Shown here: piece after piece, positions 46,135 to 54,221 of the stretch
Layout of the letters: each line of letters begins with the position of its first letter
How positions within the stretch are numbered: the first letter of the stretch is position 1
Assembly (NCBI GenBank): GCA_017439965.1
Contig: JAFSID010000051.1
Coordinates: 33,232 to 97,231 of the forward strand
DNA: 64,000 nucleotides
Reading direction: 5' to 3'
DNA from: Clostridia bacterium
GTDB lineage: Bacteria; Bacillota; Clostridia; Oscillospirales; SIG627
Translations under genes and position numbers: made by a program
Notes under the pieces: model-generated
Databases searched by the model: none
What the model saw: the letters and a program-made list of their open reading frames with translations, nothing else
Told to the model about the DNA's origin: nothing

Positions 46135-46260
46135 ATGGAGAGTAAAATAAAAAAGCTCATCAAGCTGGTGCAACAACTTGAAGAGCTTATTAAAGCAATC
46201 ATATCAATCCTCGGCTGGATATACATATTGATTGCAGTCTTTAAGGGCGGAGGGGCTTAG
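46135..46260 (+). CDS. 41-aa amphipathic/TM mini-protein
   Basis: AGGAGGTGA RBS 5 nt upstream. Sequence MESKIKKLIKLVQQLEELIKAIISILGWIYILIAVFKGGGA. Below the ORF-track size cut-off. Confidence 0.55.
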   Translation: MESKIKKLIKLVQQLEELIKAIISILGWIYILIAVFKGGGA

Positions 46261-46312
46261 CCCTTCCTCCTTAGAGCATCTTTATTATAAACTATAAAAA
46301 GGAGTATGTCAA

Positions 46313-46414
46313 GTGAAAAAGGATATTTTTACTCTTGCGTTAGAAATAACCAAGCTTATAGGCAGTATAGGCGTTATCGCCGTTTTAGTTATGCTTATCG
46401 TTAACGCACTGTAA
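46313..46414 (+). CDS. 33-aa TM mini-protein
   Basis: AAGGAG RBS 8 nt before the GTG start. Sequence VKKDIFTLALEITKLIGSIGVIAVLVMLIVNAL. Confidence 0.5.
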   Translation: MKKDIFTLALEITKLIGSIGVIAVLVMLIVNAL

Positions 46415-46426
46415 AGGAGGCATCTT

Positions 46427-46597
46427 ATGACGACAAAGGAATTGCGTAATCTTACGGGTATGCCGCAGGGTGCATTCGGCGAATACTTCGGTATACCGCT
46501 CCGCACTATTCAAAACTGGGAGGGCGGACAGAGACAGTGCCCCGAATACCTTCTCAGACTGATTGAATATAAGCTTAAATCAGAGGTGCTTATTTAA
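46427..46597 (+). CDS. 56-aa HTH protein (RTIQNWE motif)
   Basis: AAGGAGG RBS. Sequence MTTKELRNLTGMPQGAFGEYFGIPLRTIQNWEGGQRQCPEYLLRLIEYKL. Confidence 0.65.
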   Translation: MTTKELRNLTGMPQGAFGEYFGIPLRTIQNWEGGQRQCPEYLLRLIEYKLKSEVLI

Positions 46598-46621
46598 TTT
46601 TTTCAAAAAGAGGTGTAAAGA

Positions 46622-46810
46622 ATGACATCAAAAACCATAAAGGAGATATGCGAGGAATACGGTCTCAAGCAGATAGAATTATCCCGACGCTTCAATATCC
46701 CGATACGCACTGTTCAGGATTGGTGCAGAGGCATACGTATTCCGCCCGATTACGTTGTATCAATGATTGACGAGCTGTTGCAGTACGATAAATCGAGTCA
46801 AAGCAAATAA
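46622..46810 (+). CDS. 62-aa HTH protein, paralogue of the 46427 gene
   Basis: FNIPIRTVQDWCRGIRIPPDYVVSMI aligns with the upstream gene product. AGAGGTG RBS. Confidence 0.65.
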   Translation: MTSKTIKEICEEYGLKQIELSRRFNIPIRTVQDWCRGIRIPPDYVVSMIDELLQYDKSSQSK

Positions 46811-46821
46811 AAGCAATCTGG

Positions 46822-46853
46822 GAAGCAAGGCACAACGCCTTGCTTCTTTCATT
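46822..46853. terminator. bidirectional terminator after the moron
   Basis: Hairpin gaagcaaggc-acaac-gccttgcttc followed by a T-rich tract. Confidence 0.65.
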
Positions 46854-47049
46854 TGTACCAATCCTCGTAAAACGCCTTACGGCGAGCTTGCAAAACAGAC
46901 TCGGAAACGTTGTGCTTGATGCCCATCGCTACCGTCGTCGTTCGGGTTGTCAGAAGCTCAAAAAGAGCAGCACGATAAGAGCCTCCGTGTTTTTCGCACA
47001 GACGCTCGATTTTTTGTTGTGTTCGTTTACTTTGCTTGCGATAATTCAA
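46849..47049 (-). CDS. ArpU/sigma region-4-like late regulator fragment (66-85 aa)
   Basis: C-terminal HTH-like TTTVAMGIKHNVSESVLQARRKAFYE. No ATG or GTG in the open frame upstream, only a TTG. Possibly truncated. Confidence 0.3.
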   Translation of the reverse strand: MNYRKQSKRTQQKIERLCEKHGGSYRAALFELLTTRTTTVAMGIKHNVSESVLQARRKAFYEDWYK

Positions 47050-47181
47050 GCAGGTGTAGAATATAATTCCCTGCTGAACCTCACTTAGATTGATGCCTCG
47101 GTATTTGCGGAATCCCGTGTTTTCTCACCTTCCTTTGCGTGCGTGTACGTACGGTCCTGCACGCGAGGACCTTAACATTTC

Positions 47182-47937
47182 TTAACATTTTTTCTTTTGC
47201 GGAGTTCTGACGAGGTGTATTGCAAGATATACGCCTCCGTTAACGTCGTTTATGTACGGCGAGCAGTCTACAAGACGGTACCCGGGATATCTCGCCTCTA
47301 TCTGAATACGGTTATCGTTGCCCGATAGAGCCCATTCCTGAACTCTGTGTGCCGATATCTTGCCATCCCGACTCTTTACCTCGGGACGCTCAAGGTTACG
47401 GCTGCAACTCCAGAGCTTTGTCAGAGCAGAACTCTTGGTGAGATAGGTCGCAAGATCCACAAGTCCGTAATCGTCGAACTGCAAGGGCTTTGCGGTTGTA
47501 TAACCCATTCCCCACAGCTCCGCAAGCTCGGTGATATCCATTCCCCCCGACATTATAACGTGATGGTGAATACGGCCGTGCTCCTCTCCGTACTCGGTAA
47601 CCATAACGTACCTGAGCTCCGAAAGTCCGTATTTTTGACGTCGGCGCTTGATACGACGGAAGAAGTTCTGCACGATGCGGAGTGCCTTCTTGGGAGTCTC
47701 TGGCAAAAATTCGTCCGAATAGGTCAGGTCAAAGCGAATATCACGACGTGTGAAATTCGTGTTCAGAAGTCTCACGAGCTTTTTGCGGGAGTTGCGTTCA
47801 TTAAGGCTCTTTTGTACCTCACTCGTAGGGTTACGCTTGGGCCCGCGTCCTCTCTGCTTATCATATACGGGGTATACGTCAACGTCGAGGTAGGTTTCCC
47901 CGCACTTATGCATTGTCTCTCTATATAAACTTTTCAT
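47182..47937 (-). CDS. HUH-superfamily rolling-circle replication initiator (251 aa)
   Basis: Motif I IRFDLTY, motif II GRIHHHVIM, motif III DLATYLTKS. Confidence 0.65.
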   Translation of the reverse strand: MKSLYRETMHKCGETYLDVDVYPVYDKQRGRGPKRNPTSEVQKSLNERNSRKKLVRLLNTNFTRRDIRFDLTYSDEFLPETPKKALRIVQNFFRRIKRRRQKYGLSELRYVMVTEYGEEHGRIHHHVIMSGGMDITELAELWGMGYTTAKPLQFDDYGLVDLATYLTKSSALTKLWSCSRNLERPEVKSRDGKISAHRVQEWALSGNDNRIQIEARYPGYRLVDCSPYINDVNGGVYLAIHLVRTPQKKKC

Positions 47938-47954
47938 TGTTTTCTACCTCTGAG

Positions 47955-48026
47955 AAGGGGAGAGAGGAGCAAGAGAGCGACGGGCAGAGCCCGTCTTAAA
48001 GAGAGAGTCACCTCCTCTCTCCCCTT
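47955..48026. repeat. nested palindrome (15-bp perfect arms plus inner 6-bp hairpin) upstream of rep
   Basis: aaggggagagaggag (47955-47969) pairs with ctcctctctcccctt (48012-48026). Inner hairpin gacggg-cagag-cccgtc (47979-47995). Confidence 0.8.
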
Positions 48027-48190
48027 TGACCCCTCACTTCTCCGACTCTCTCCCTATCCTGTTATTTTTCTTTTTTGGATTATGGTCGTTAAGATATTAT
48101 TATTTACGAGCCCGAAAAAGAGAGCGCCTCTCTTCGGGACTTATTTTGTTGTGTAAGTTGGGACATATATAATAAGGATATTACTCATCG

Positions 48191-48670
48191 TTATACTGAT
48201 ACGGCTTGTCCTTTGTTTTCCTCCGTCAGTTCTTTTACGAGGTCATTTATTGCCCTTATTGTTACTGCATTTTCAACACCGATTGCACACGGGAAAGGAT
48301 ATGTTCTCTCTTTCAACCTCTCGGCAAACTCTTTTATTGCTTCGTTATGGCATTCGTGATAATCGTGAGTGAAATAGTATTTTTTCATTCTCCGATTTTC
48401 TTCTTCCAACCTCTCAATCTCCGCTTTCTGTGTGTCGACTTGTTTTTTTAACACATCTCTTTGCTTATATACCATCTCGGCTTCCATTTTGAGTTCGTGT
48501 AATGTTTTTTTAAGACTCTCAATCTCCGCTTTCTGTCGGCTGATGAGGTCGGCAATATCATTATTGGTTATCCTGAAATATTCATCTTCTTTGGGGAATA
48601 CTCCTGATATCCAATTTTGTTTGCGAAGAAATTCAATAATTTCCTCGTCTGTGAATTTACGCTCGGTCAT
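48191..48670 (-). CDS. coiled-coil early protein (159 aa)
   Basis: Start MTERKF behind GGAGGGTGA. The sequence QKAEIE[SR]L is duplicated. Confidence 0.5.
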   Translation of the reverse strand: MTERKFTDEEIIEFLRKQNWISGVFPKEDEYFRITNNDIADLISRQKAEIESLKKTLHELKMEAEMVYKQRDVLKKQVDTQKAEIERLEEENRRMKKYYFTHDYHECHNEAIKEFAERLKERTYPFPCAIGVENAVTIRAINDLVKELTEENKGQAVSV

Positions 48671-48672
48671 TT

Positions 48673-49038
48673 TCACCCTCCGTGTCGCACTATATTTGGA
48701 CGGTGTGCGGGAACAGGAAACCAACATTCAACCCGGCAATTCGTTATATCAAAATCCTCTGAATCCCAACAGTTTTTTTCAAAATCGTAAGATAGGAATA
48801 TCAAACCGTTTTTGAAATTAATATTTTTATTACGCCCGTTTACAATACCGACAATTCCGTTTTCCTCTTCTTCTTTTGTGGGCAATCGGTCATAAATCCA
48901 CCCATTATTTGCATCGGGCTGTGCATCAACCAAGATTGCAAATTCGCTTTCGGGTCTCCATCTTTCGTCGGGCGTGCCGAAATCTTCTTGGTGCAGATCT
49001 TGCTTCAACTTTTCCGCATCAATATATCTTGGCATCAC
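48673..49038 (-). CDS. hypothetical early protein (121 aa)
   Basis: ORF within an operon of overlapping genes. Confidence 0.45.
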   Translation of the reverse strand: MMPRYIDAEKLKQDLHQEDFGTPDERWRPESEFAILVDAQPDANNGWIYDRLPTKEEEENGIVGIVNGRNKNINFKNGLIFLSYDFEKNCWDSEDFDITNCRVECWFPVPAHRPNIVRHGG

Positions 49039-49361
49039 TCATCACCTCCAAATGAAAGATATGTATTCCGGTCAACCTGTTTCCATTCCTCGCGGGAACT
49101 TCCGTCATCATATTTAACTAAATACAGAATCTCGTATTTTTCGGGACGATATTCTGTGTGAGTATCGGGAACCAACATAAAATCACCGTGATACCATGAA
49201 TATTTGTGTTTATAGTCGGTAACAACTTCTGTATGTGCTTCTGTATACCTACAATCTATTGCAGTTCGCTCAACCTCTTCGGGAAGTTTACAAGAGCACA
49301 GAAGCATAAGTAATATTGTGCAAAATATAATAAACATAACAAAAGATAAGGTCTTTTTCAT
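49035..49361 (-). CDS. putative lipoprotein (108 aa)
   Basis: Signal peptide ending in LLCSC (lipobox-like). Confidence 0.5.
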   Translation of the reverse strand: MKKTLSFVMFIIFCTILLMLLCSCKLPEEVERTAIDCRYTEAHTEVVTDYKHKYSWYHGDFMLVPDTHTEYRPEKYEILYLVKYDDGSSREEWKQVDRNTYLSFGGDE

Positions 49362-49373
49362 TTTTATCTCCTT

Positions 49374-49622
49374 TTAGTCTTTAGGTGGCGGCTGCTCCGA
49401 AAGTGCCCTCTCGCAGAATGAGTAATAAAATAGTATTGAAGTTTTTTCGGATAACCGCAAAAGCTTTTTGAGCGTAGTAGCATCTATTAAGAACTTGAGC
49501 GAATTTTCAAGCTTGGTTTTTAGTCCGTCGGTAAATATTTCCACAGACAAGCCCGCTTCCTTCTCGCTAAAATCCCGAAGAGTGTTTATAGCACTCATAT
49601 ATTCAATAGTAGCACTGTTCAT
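49374..49622 (-). CDS. hypothetical early protein (82 aa)
   Basis: ORF in the operon, behind an AAGGAGA RBS. Confidence 0.4.
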   Translation of the reverse strand: MNSATIEYMSAINTLRDFSEKEAGLSVEIFTDGLKTKLENSLKFLIDATTLKKLLRLSEKTSILFYYSFCERALSEQPPPKD

Positions 49623-49623
49623 T

Positions 49624-49908
49624 TTATCTTCCTTTCGGATCTAAGTATTTTTCGCAAATCCAGGCAATGCGCTTTTCGGGCTTTGCATAGTCAAAAAGCT
49701 CCTTTGCTTCCTTGAGGGCAATGTCACGCATTTCCTCTGAGCGATAAAACAGATATTGTATACGGTGAGTGTTTTTTATTCCGCTGCAGAAGGTCTTATT
49801 ATATAATTTGAGAAGCTTTTCCTTCTTCTCCCAAGCCTCCTTGGTGCGAAGCTTGACGGCATAGCAAGGGATTTCCTTTTCACTCGGTAAAGGCGGATAA
49901 CGGGTCAT
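49624..49908 (-). CDS. hypothetical early protein (94 aa)
   Basis: ORF in the operon. Confidence 0.4.
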   Translation of the reverse strand: MTRYPPLPSEKEIPCYAVKLRTKEAWEKKEKLLKLYNKTFCSGIKNTHRIQYLFYRSEEMRDIALKEAKELFDYAKPEKRIAWICEKYLDPKGR

Positions 49909-50167
49909 CTCGAATCACCTCCGTTTTTGTTTTTATAAGCTCCTCCGGTGTGGCAAGCCGCAACGCTGACGGATCTACCAAGGCGCAGGAATTTGTTTTT
50001 GTGTCTATAACTTCTGCTTGAGCAAAGGTTTTATCGGTTAATCGGTCATAACGTTCAACAAGAGCTGAAACGTAAGTATAATGATAGTCTCCTCTATTCA
50101 CTCCCCGAAGCTCAAGAACTACGGGAAGATGCTTATTGAATGCATTACGAACTTCTGCTTCAGTCAC
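49880..50167 (-). CDS. hypothetical early protein (95 aa)
   Basis: ORF in the operon. Confidence 0.4.
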   Translation of the reverse strand: MTEAEVRNAFNKHLPVVLELRGVNRGDYHYTYVSALVERYDRLTDKTFAQAEVIDTKTNSCALVDPSALRLATPEELIKTKTEVIRDDPLSAFTE

Positions 50168-50544
50168 AGCTTTAACCCCTCCTTGATATTTTCGAATAAT
50201 AAAATTTGATTCTCAAGACGGCTTATTTTATCTGTGAGAGCGGATTTAGCCCTCTCGATATCCGCAAGCTCGTCGGATATAAGCTTCTTATAGTATTTGA
50301 TCGCCTCGATTATAATCTCTCTGTCGGGAGAAGGCGGAGCGGATTCCACCTTCTTCTTTTTATTCTTTTTCCCAGTCGGAAGCTTTACCTCTTCCCCTTC
50401 CGCTCTTAAAAGCTCGATTATATCCTTGACGTCACAGCAGTTGCGATCGGCAAGAACCCGAAGCATATCCTCTTTGTTTTTCGCCCTCTGATAGTCCTGA
50501 ACGATTTCCCACGTTTCCATGTAAAGCTTAGCCATTAGCATCAC
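50164..50544 (-). CDS. hypothetical early protein (126 aa)
   Basis: ORF in the operon with a Lys-rich centre and a C-terminal coiled coil. Confidence 0.4.
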   Translation of the reverse strand: MMLMAKLYMETWEIVQDYQRAKNKEDMLRVLADRNCCDVKDIIELLRAEGEEVKLPTGKKNKKKKVESAPPSPDREIIIEAIKYYKKLISDELADIERAKSALTDKISRLENQILLFENIKEGLKL

Positions 50545-50565
50545 CGCCGATGCTTTTATGTATCA

Positions 50566-50817
50566 TCATATTACAATCCTCACGTTTCCGTTTTTATCTC
50601 TGACGAGTTTAGTGGTGCATAATGTTTCTTTTTTTGTCGGGGTTCGTTCCTCTTCATACTTCTTAACCGCAGACAGCGGTATCCTCCAGGCTCCCATTAC
50701 TCGAAAGCCTTGAAGATCTCCGCGACGAAGAAGTATATTTATGGTGTTATACGAGACTTTCCAGTATTCGGCGAGTTCTTCGGTAGTAAATATTTTTTCT
50801 TCGAGAGATTTATCCAT
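50566..50817 (-). CDS. excisionase-family (MerR-like) HTH DNA-binding protein
   Basis: FTTEELAEYWKVSYNTINILLRRGDLQGFRVMGAWRIPLSAVKKYEE. Start at MDKSLEE. Confidence 0.6.
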   Translation of the reverse strand: MDKSLEEKIFTTEELAEYWKVSYNTINILLRRGDLQGFRVMGAWRIPLSAVKKYEEERTPTKKETLCTTKLVRDKNGNVRIVI

Positions 50818-51775
50818 TGTTTCCTCCCAGTTGTTTTCCGAGTGCGGATAGTGCCGCCTGAAGTCTTGGTGCAACCTCGGGTGAAGCACTCTTGATAATA
50901 GTTTGAAGCTTGACTACCATAGCAGACGCCTGCTCGAATACGCCCTTAAATTCTGCTGTGACGGGGTCTGACATCTGAAGCTGTCGGCGCAGGTTATCGG
51001 CTTCCGCTTTAGCCCTTTCCGCTTCTCTCTTATATTCCTCCGAGCCTGCTGAGGCATTCTTTTCGGCATCTGAAGCCTTCTGCTCGGCATTTTTGACTTC
51101 AAATTCGAGCTTAGAGTTCTTTTTTACCTCGCGGTCGAGCTTCTTCTGAAGCTCTTCCATTTCTCTCTTATGCTGTTCGGCGGCATCACGGAGAGCCTCG
51201 TCCACAGCCTTTTCGATATCACCCTTGTCGGTTGCGGTGACAATTGCATCAACAGGACGGCTTGACAGTTCTTTGTTTTCCGCTTTCAAACGGTCACGTT
51301 CGGCAGTAACGTCGGTGAGTGCGGACGCTATATCGTCCCTCACGCCCTCGAGTTCTGAGACCTTTTCGAGAGCTTCGTCACGTTCCTTTATCGCCTTCTT
51401 GAGTTCGGCGTTTGACATTTCCACAACATTGTTTTCCTCAACGAATTCTTCGCGCTCTTCAGAGGGGACGGAAAGCAGCAAAAGTGCCTTTGTATAAGGT
51501 AAATTTCCAATCGTTTGGGAATTTACCGAGGCTCCAAAAATGCTGAATTGCTGGTCTGCTTATTCCTTATAAAGCTTCATAAAATTGTTAGCTGTTGACG
51601 AAGAATATCCGGTCTGCTCGGATATCCATTTTCCGAATTCTCCATGAGGAAGGATTTCCTTCGCCTCACACATTCTTCTGCCTATCTCCACGATATTGGT
51701 GAGCATTGTTGCGGTTAATGCTCTTATTTCGCCCGCAATTACTTCGGGCGTTCTGGTGGTCTGTAATTCATTCAT
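50810..51775 (-). pseudogene. DUF3102-like gene interrupted by one in-frame TAA (51560-51562)
   Basis: The N-terminal part ..HGEFGKWISEQTGYSSSTANNFMKLYKE* continues in the same frame as ADQQFSIFGASVNSQTIGNLPYTKALLLLSVPSEEREEF. Confidence 0.65.
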
Positions 51776-53426
51776 ATTATTTTTTCGCTCCTTAATTTTT
51801 GAAGATGTTTTATAAACTCCGCTTCGAAGATTACAACCTCGTCCGTTCTGTCGCAATTGTGGTTACCTCTGTTTTGGCGTACCGCAATATGCTTTTCGTC
51901 AAGTTCAAGCGTAAAGAACGATTTCTCAACGTTGTCTTTATGGCGAATAAATAAAATAGCCGTATCGCCCCTGGCGTGCTTTTCGGCGTAAGTACCGACA
52001 CAATGATGAAGGCTCTTTCCCTCTCTCCGAAGCTCCGCTTCACTTTTGGGCGGGAATATAATCAGAGTATCATTTTCAAAGGTGTATTTTTCGAGTTCTT
52101 TATATCGCTTTTTAAATTCTTTTTTGCGAAGTTCTGTTTTTTGTGAATTAACACGCTCTGTTACGCCATCGTGAGCGTTCTTTATCCTTTGAGGATATAT
52201 TTCGTCCTCGGTGACAAGACTGTCACCGAGACGGCGGGACATATCCCAATAGTCCGTCAAGGTATGAGCACTTACGAAGTCGGACGGATTCTTCTTTTTT
52301 TGACGGTTAATGTATCTTACGGTTTTCATAAAGCCTACGTTTTGTGGGCGCTCGAAGTTCAGAATCCTCTCTGTATCCCACGCTCCGAGCTTGAAGCATT
52401 CGTCAAGATCTTCGTCCGTTAAAAGAATACCTGCAGACTTAGTTTTTTATAAAACTCAAGTCTTTCAAAGCTCCATTTGTGCTCTTTTGCGCGTCTGAAT
52501 TCCTCACGCGTAAGACCGAGCATCTGAGCGGGTCTTTTTTCTTTCCAGTTGATGCTGCCGACAGCGGTCTTCCCGACGTAAGATTTTCCCCAATAGCCTT
52601 GAGGGTTACAGCATTCTTGGCTTATCATATCGTTAAGCAAATTTGTACATCCCTGCATTATGAGGTTTTCAACGTTCGGATGCTTTTGATATATACGTAA
52701 ATAGGTTATCGGATATACTTTTTTTGATTTTTTACAATACTCGTAAAACTTACTGTTTTCGAGCACGGTGCCGTCGCAGATTTTTTTGCTAAAAGGTAAA
52801 ATTAGGTCAAGTGCGCCAACATTGTCTTCACAGCGCTTACGACGTTCCCACTCGTTAAGCCAAGAGAACGAAGTGAAGTATTTATAATATCCGCAATACT
52901 TTGCACACCTCTTGCCCTCAAAGACGTATGCTTCATATGGATGCGTTACAACCTTAACGCGAGCCTGTTTGTCTACTGTTCGATATATGCACCACATAAT
53001 AAGGTGTATTTGACCGTTTATCTTGTGAACAGTCAACGGCCAGTGCTCTCTTTCATCAAAGGTGTATTTGAACGATCCGACATGGCGGACTTTGACTTGA
53101 GCCCCACAATACGGGCAAAGGGTCGAGTCTCCGCTTATAACGTGCTCTTTTGTAGCTTCGTTGAAGAAGCCAAACGGAGCGGAACTGTATGTGTTATGAC
53201 AAGAATCATTTGAAGAGTATTGCATATGATAAGTACGCTCACATGCCGTGCAGATACATTCAACAACTTTTTCACGGTGGCGTTCTCCTGCCTCGAATAC
53301 CGTTTCATATTCAGCGCGGTAAATTATGTATTCGGTGTTGAAGCAGCCTTGCTCACGCATCCAAGGAATGAGTTCTTCGGGTGGAGTTCGGGGGATGAAG
53401 CTTGTATCTTCTTTTATTTCTGACAT
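51772..53426 (-). pseudogene. PcfJ-like gene split by a -1 frameshift at an A6 run (52443-52448)
   Basis: The Cys-rich N-terminal ORF ends at 52419. The -1 frame is open from 52446 and carries the PcfJ-type SLHHCVGTYAEKHARGDTAILFIRH core. Confidence 0.6.
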
Positions 53427-53441
53427 TGTGAAGCCCTCCGT

Positions 53442-53768
53442 TTACCCAAAGAAGCTTTCAAGAGTAAGCGGTGATGTGCTCGGTGCTGAGGTTGACGGTG
53501 CTTCGCTCAAGCCGTAGAATTCACGAATTATTTTCTCCGCTTCAAGTGGGGTTACACAAGCGAAGCTTCCGGTACGGTGCTTGTCGGCGTATGCTTTTAT
53601 TTGCTCCTCGCACTTCGCAAGAGACATTTCCGCGACGTCAAGATCCTGCGATACAATTTCTTGTGCACGAGTATCGTTGCGGATAATATCCTTCAATTGT
53701 TCTCCCACCATCCATGCGGGACTTCTTTTCTCACCCTGCAGGGCGGTTATTTTATCAAATACAGTCAT
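53442..53768 (-). CDS. PcfK-like protein (AcrIIA9-type family candidate)
   Basis: Pattern MSLAKCEEQIKAYADKHRTGSFACVTPLEAEKIIREFYGL and adjacency to the PcfJ-like gene. Start at MTVFDK behind AAGGAGA. Confidence 0.45.
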   Translation of the reverse strand: MTVFDKITALQGEKRSPAWMVGEQLKDIIRNDTRAQEIVSQDLDVAEMSLAKCEEQIKAYADKHRTGSFACVTPLEAEKIIREFYGLSEAPSTSAPSTSPLTLESFFG

Positions 53769-53782
53769 TTGAATTCTCCTTT

Positions 53783-53977
53783 TTATATCATAGGCATCCA
53801 TCCGACGGCATGCTCAATGTTCTCATCGTCAGTTGCTGTGCAGTATTCATCCTTGCCATATCTCTTGCCCGCATAATATCCGACGATACGCTTGCCGTCT
53901 TCAGTGATAATAAGAATGTCCTCCCACTGAGGAGGTTCATTGTCTTTTAAACTTTTAAAGCCTTCCGGAAGATTCAT
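53783..53977 (-). CDS. DUF551-like small phage protein
   Basis: Ends ..HAVGWMPMI, with W..ILIITEDGK in the centre. Confidence 0.4.
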   Translation of the reverse strand: MNLPEGFKSLKDNEPPQWEDILIITEDGKRIVGYYAGKRYGKDEYCTATDDENIEHAVGWMPMI

Positions 53978-53978
53978 A

Positions 53979-54221
53979 TCACCCCTCCAGAAGTGACTCA
54001 AGGACCTCGTAGCCCTCGCTCAGTTTCTCAGACACGTCCTCGATGCATCCGATCACAAGCTCCTTGCCGCTGTATCGAGGGCTATCCTCAGACATTGCCT
54101 CAAGAAGCTCAAGCTCGTCGGCGCATATCTCGTCGAGGTCGTTTATGATATTGCCGAGAGCCTCCTTGATGGCAATAAGCTTCTCGGAATTCTTCTTTGC
54201 TCTTTCGTTCTTAGTGCTCAT
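53979..54221 (-). CDS. acidic hypothetical protein (80 aa)
   Basis: ORF in the operon. Confidence 0.4.
   Translation of the reverse strand: MSTKNERAKKNSEKLIAIKEALGNIINDLDEICADELELLEAMSEDSPRYSGKELVIGCIEDVSEKLSEGYEVLESLLEG

Noticed and set aside
45947-46506. Minus-strand track ORFs 45947-46135 and 46309-46506.
   Set aside because: They overlap a consensus plus-strand promoter and four RBS-preceded plus-strand genes. They lack an RBS and have odd composition.
47347-47928. 193-aa plus-strand ORF.
   Set aside because: It is antisense to the Rep gene, which carries all three HUH motifs.
51560-51562. The in-frame TAA as evidence of stop-codon reassignment in the prophage.
   Set aside because: TAA is used as a genuine terminator by neighbouring phage genes (holin, amidase, rep, small HTH genes). 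Only one internal stop is seen, so a recoded genetic code is not supported.
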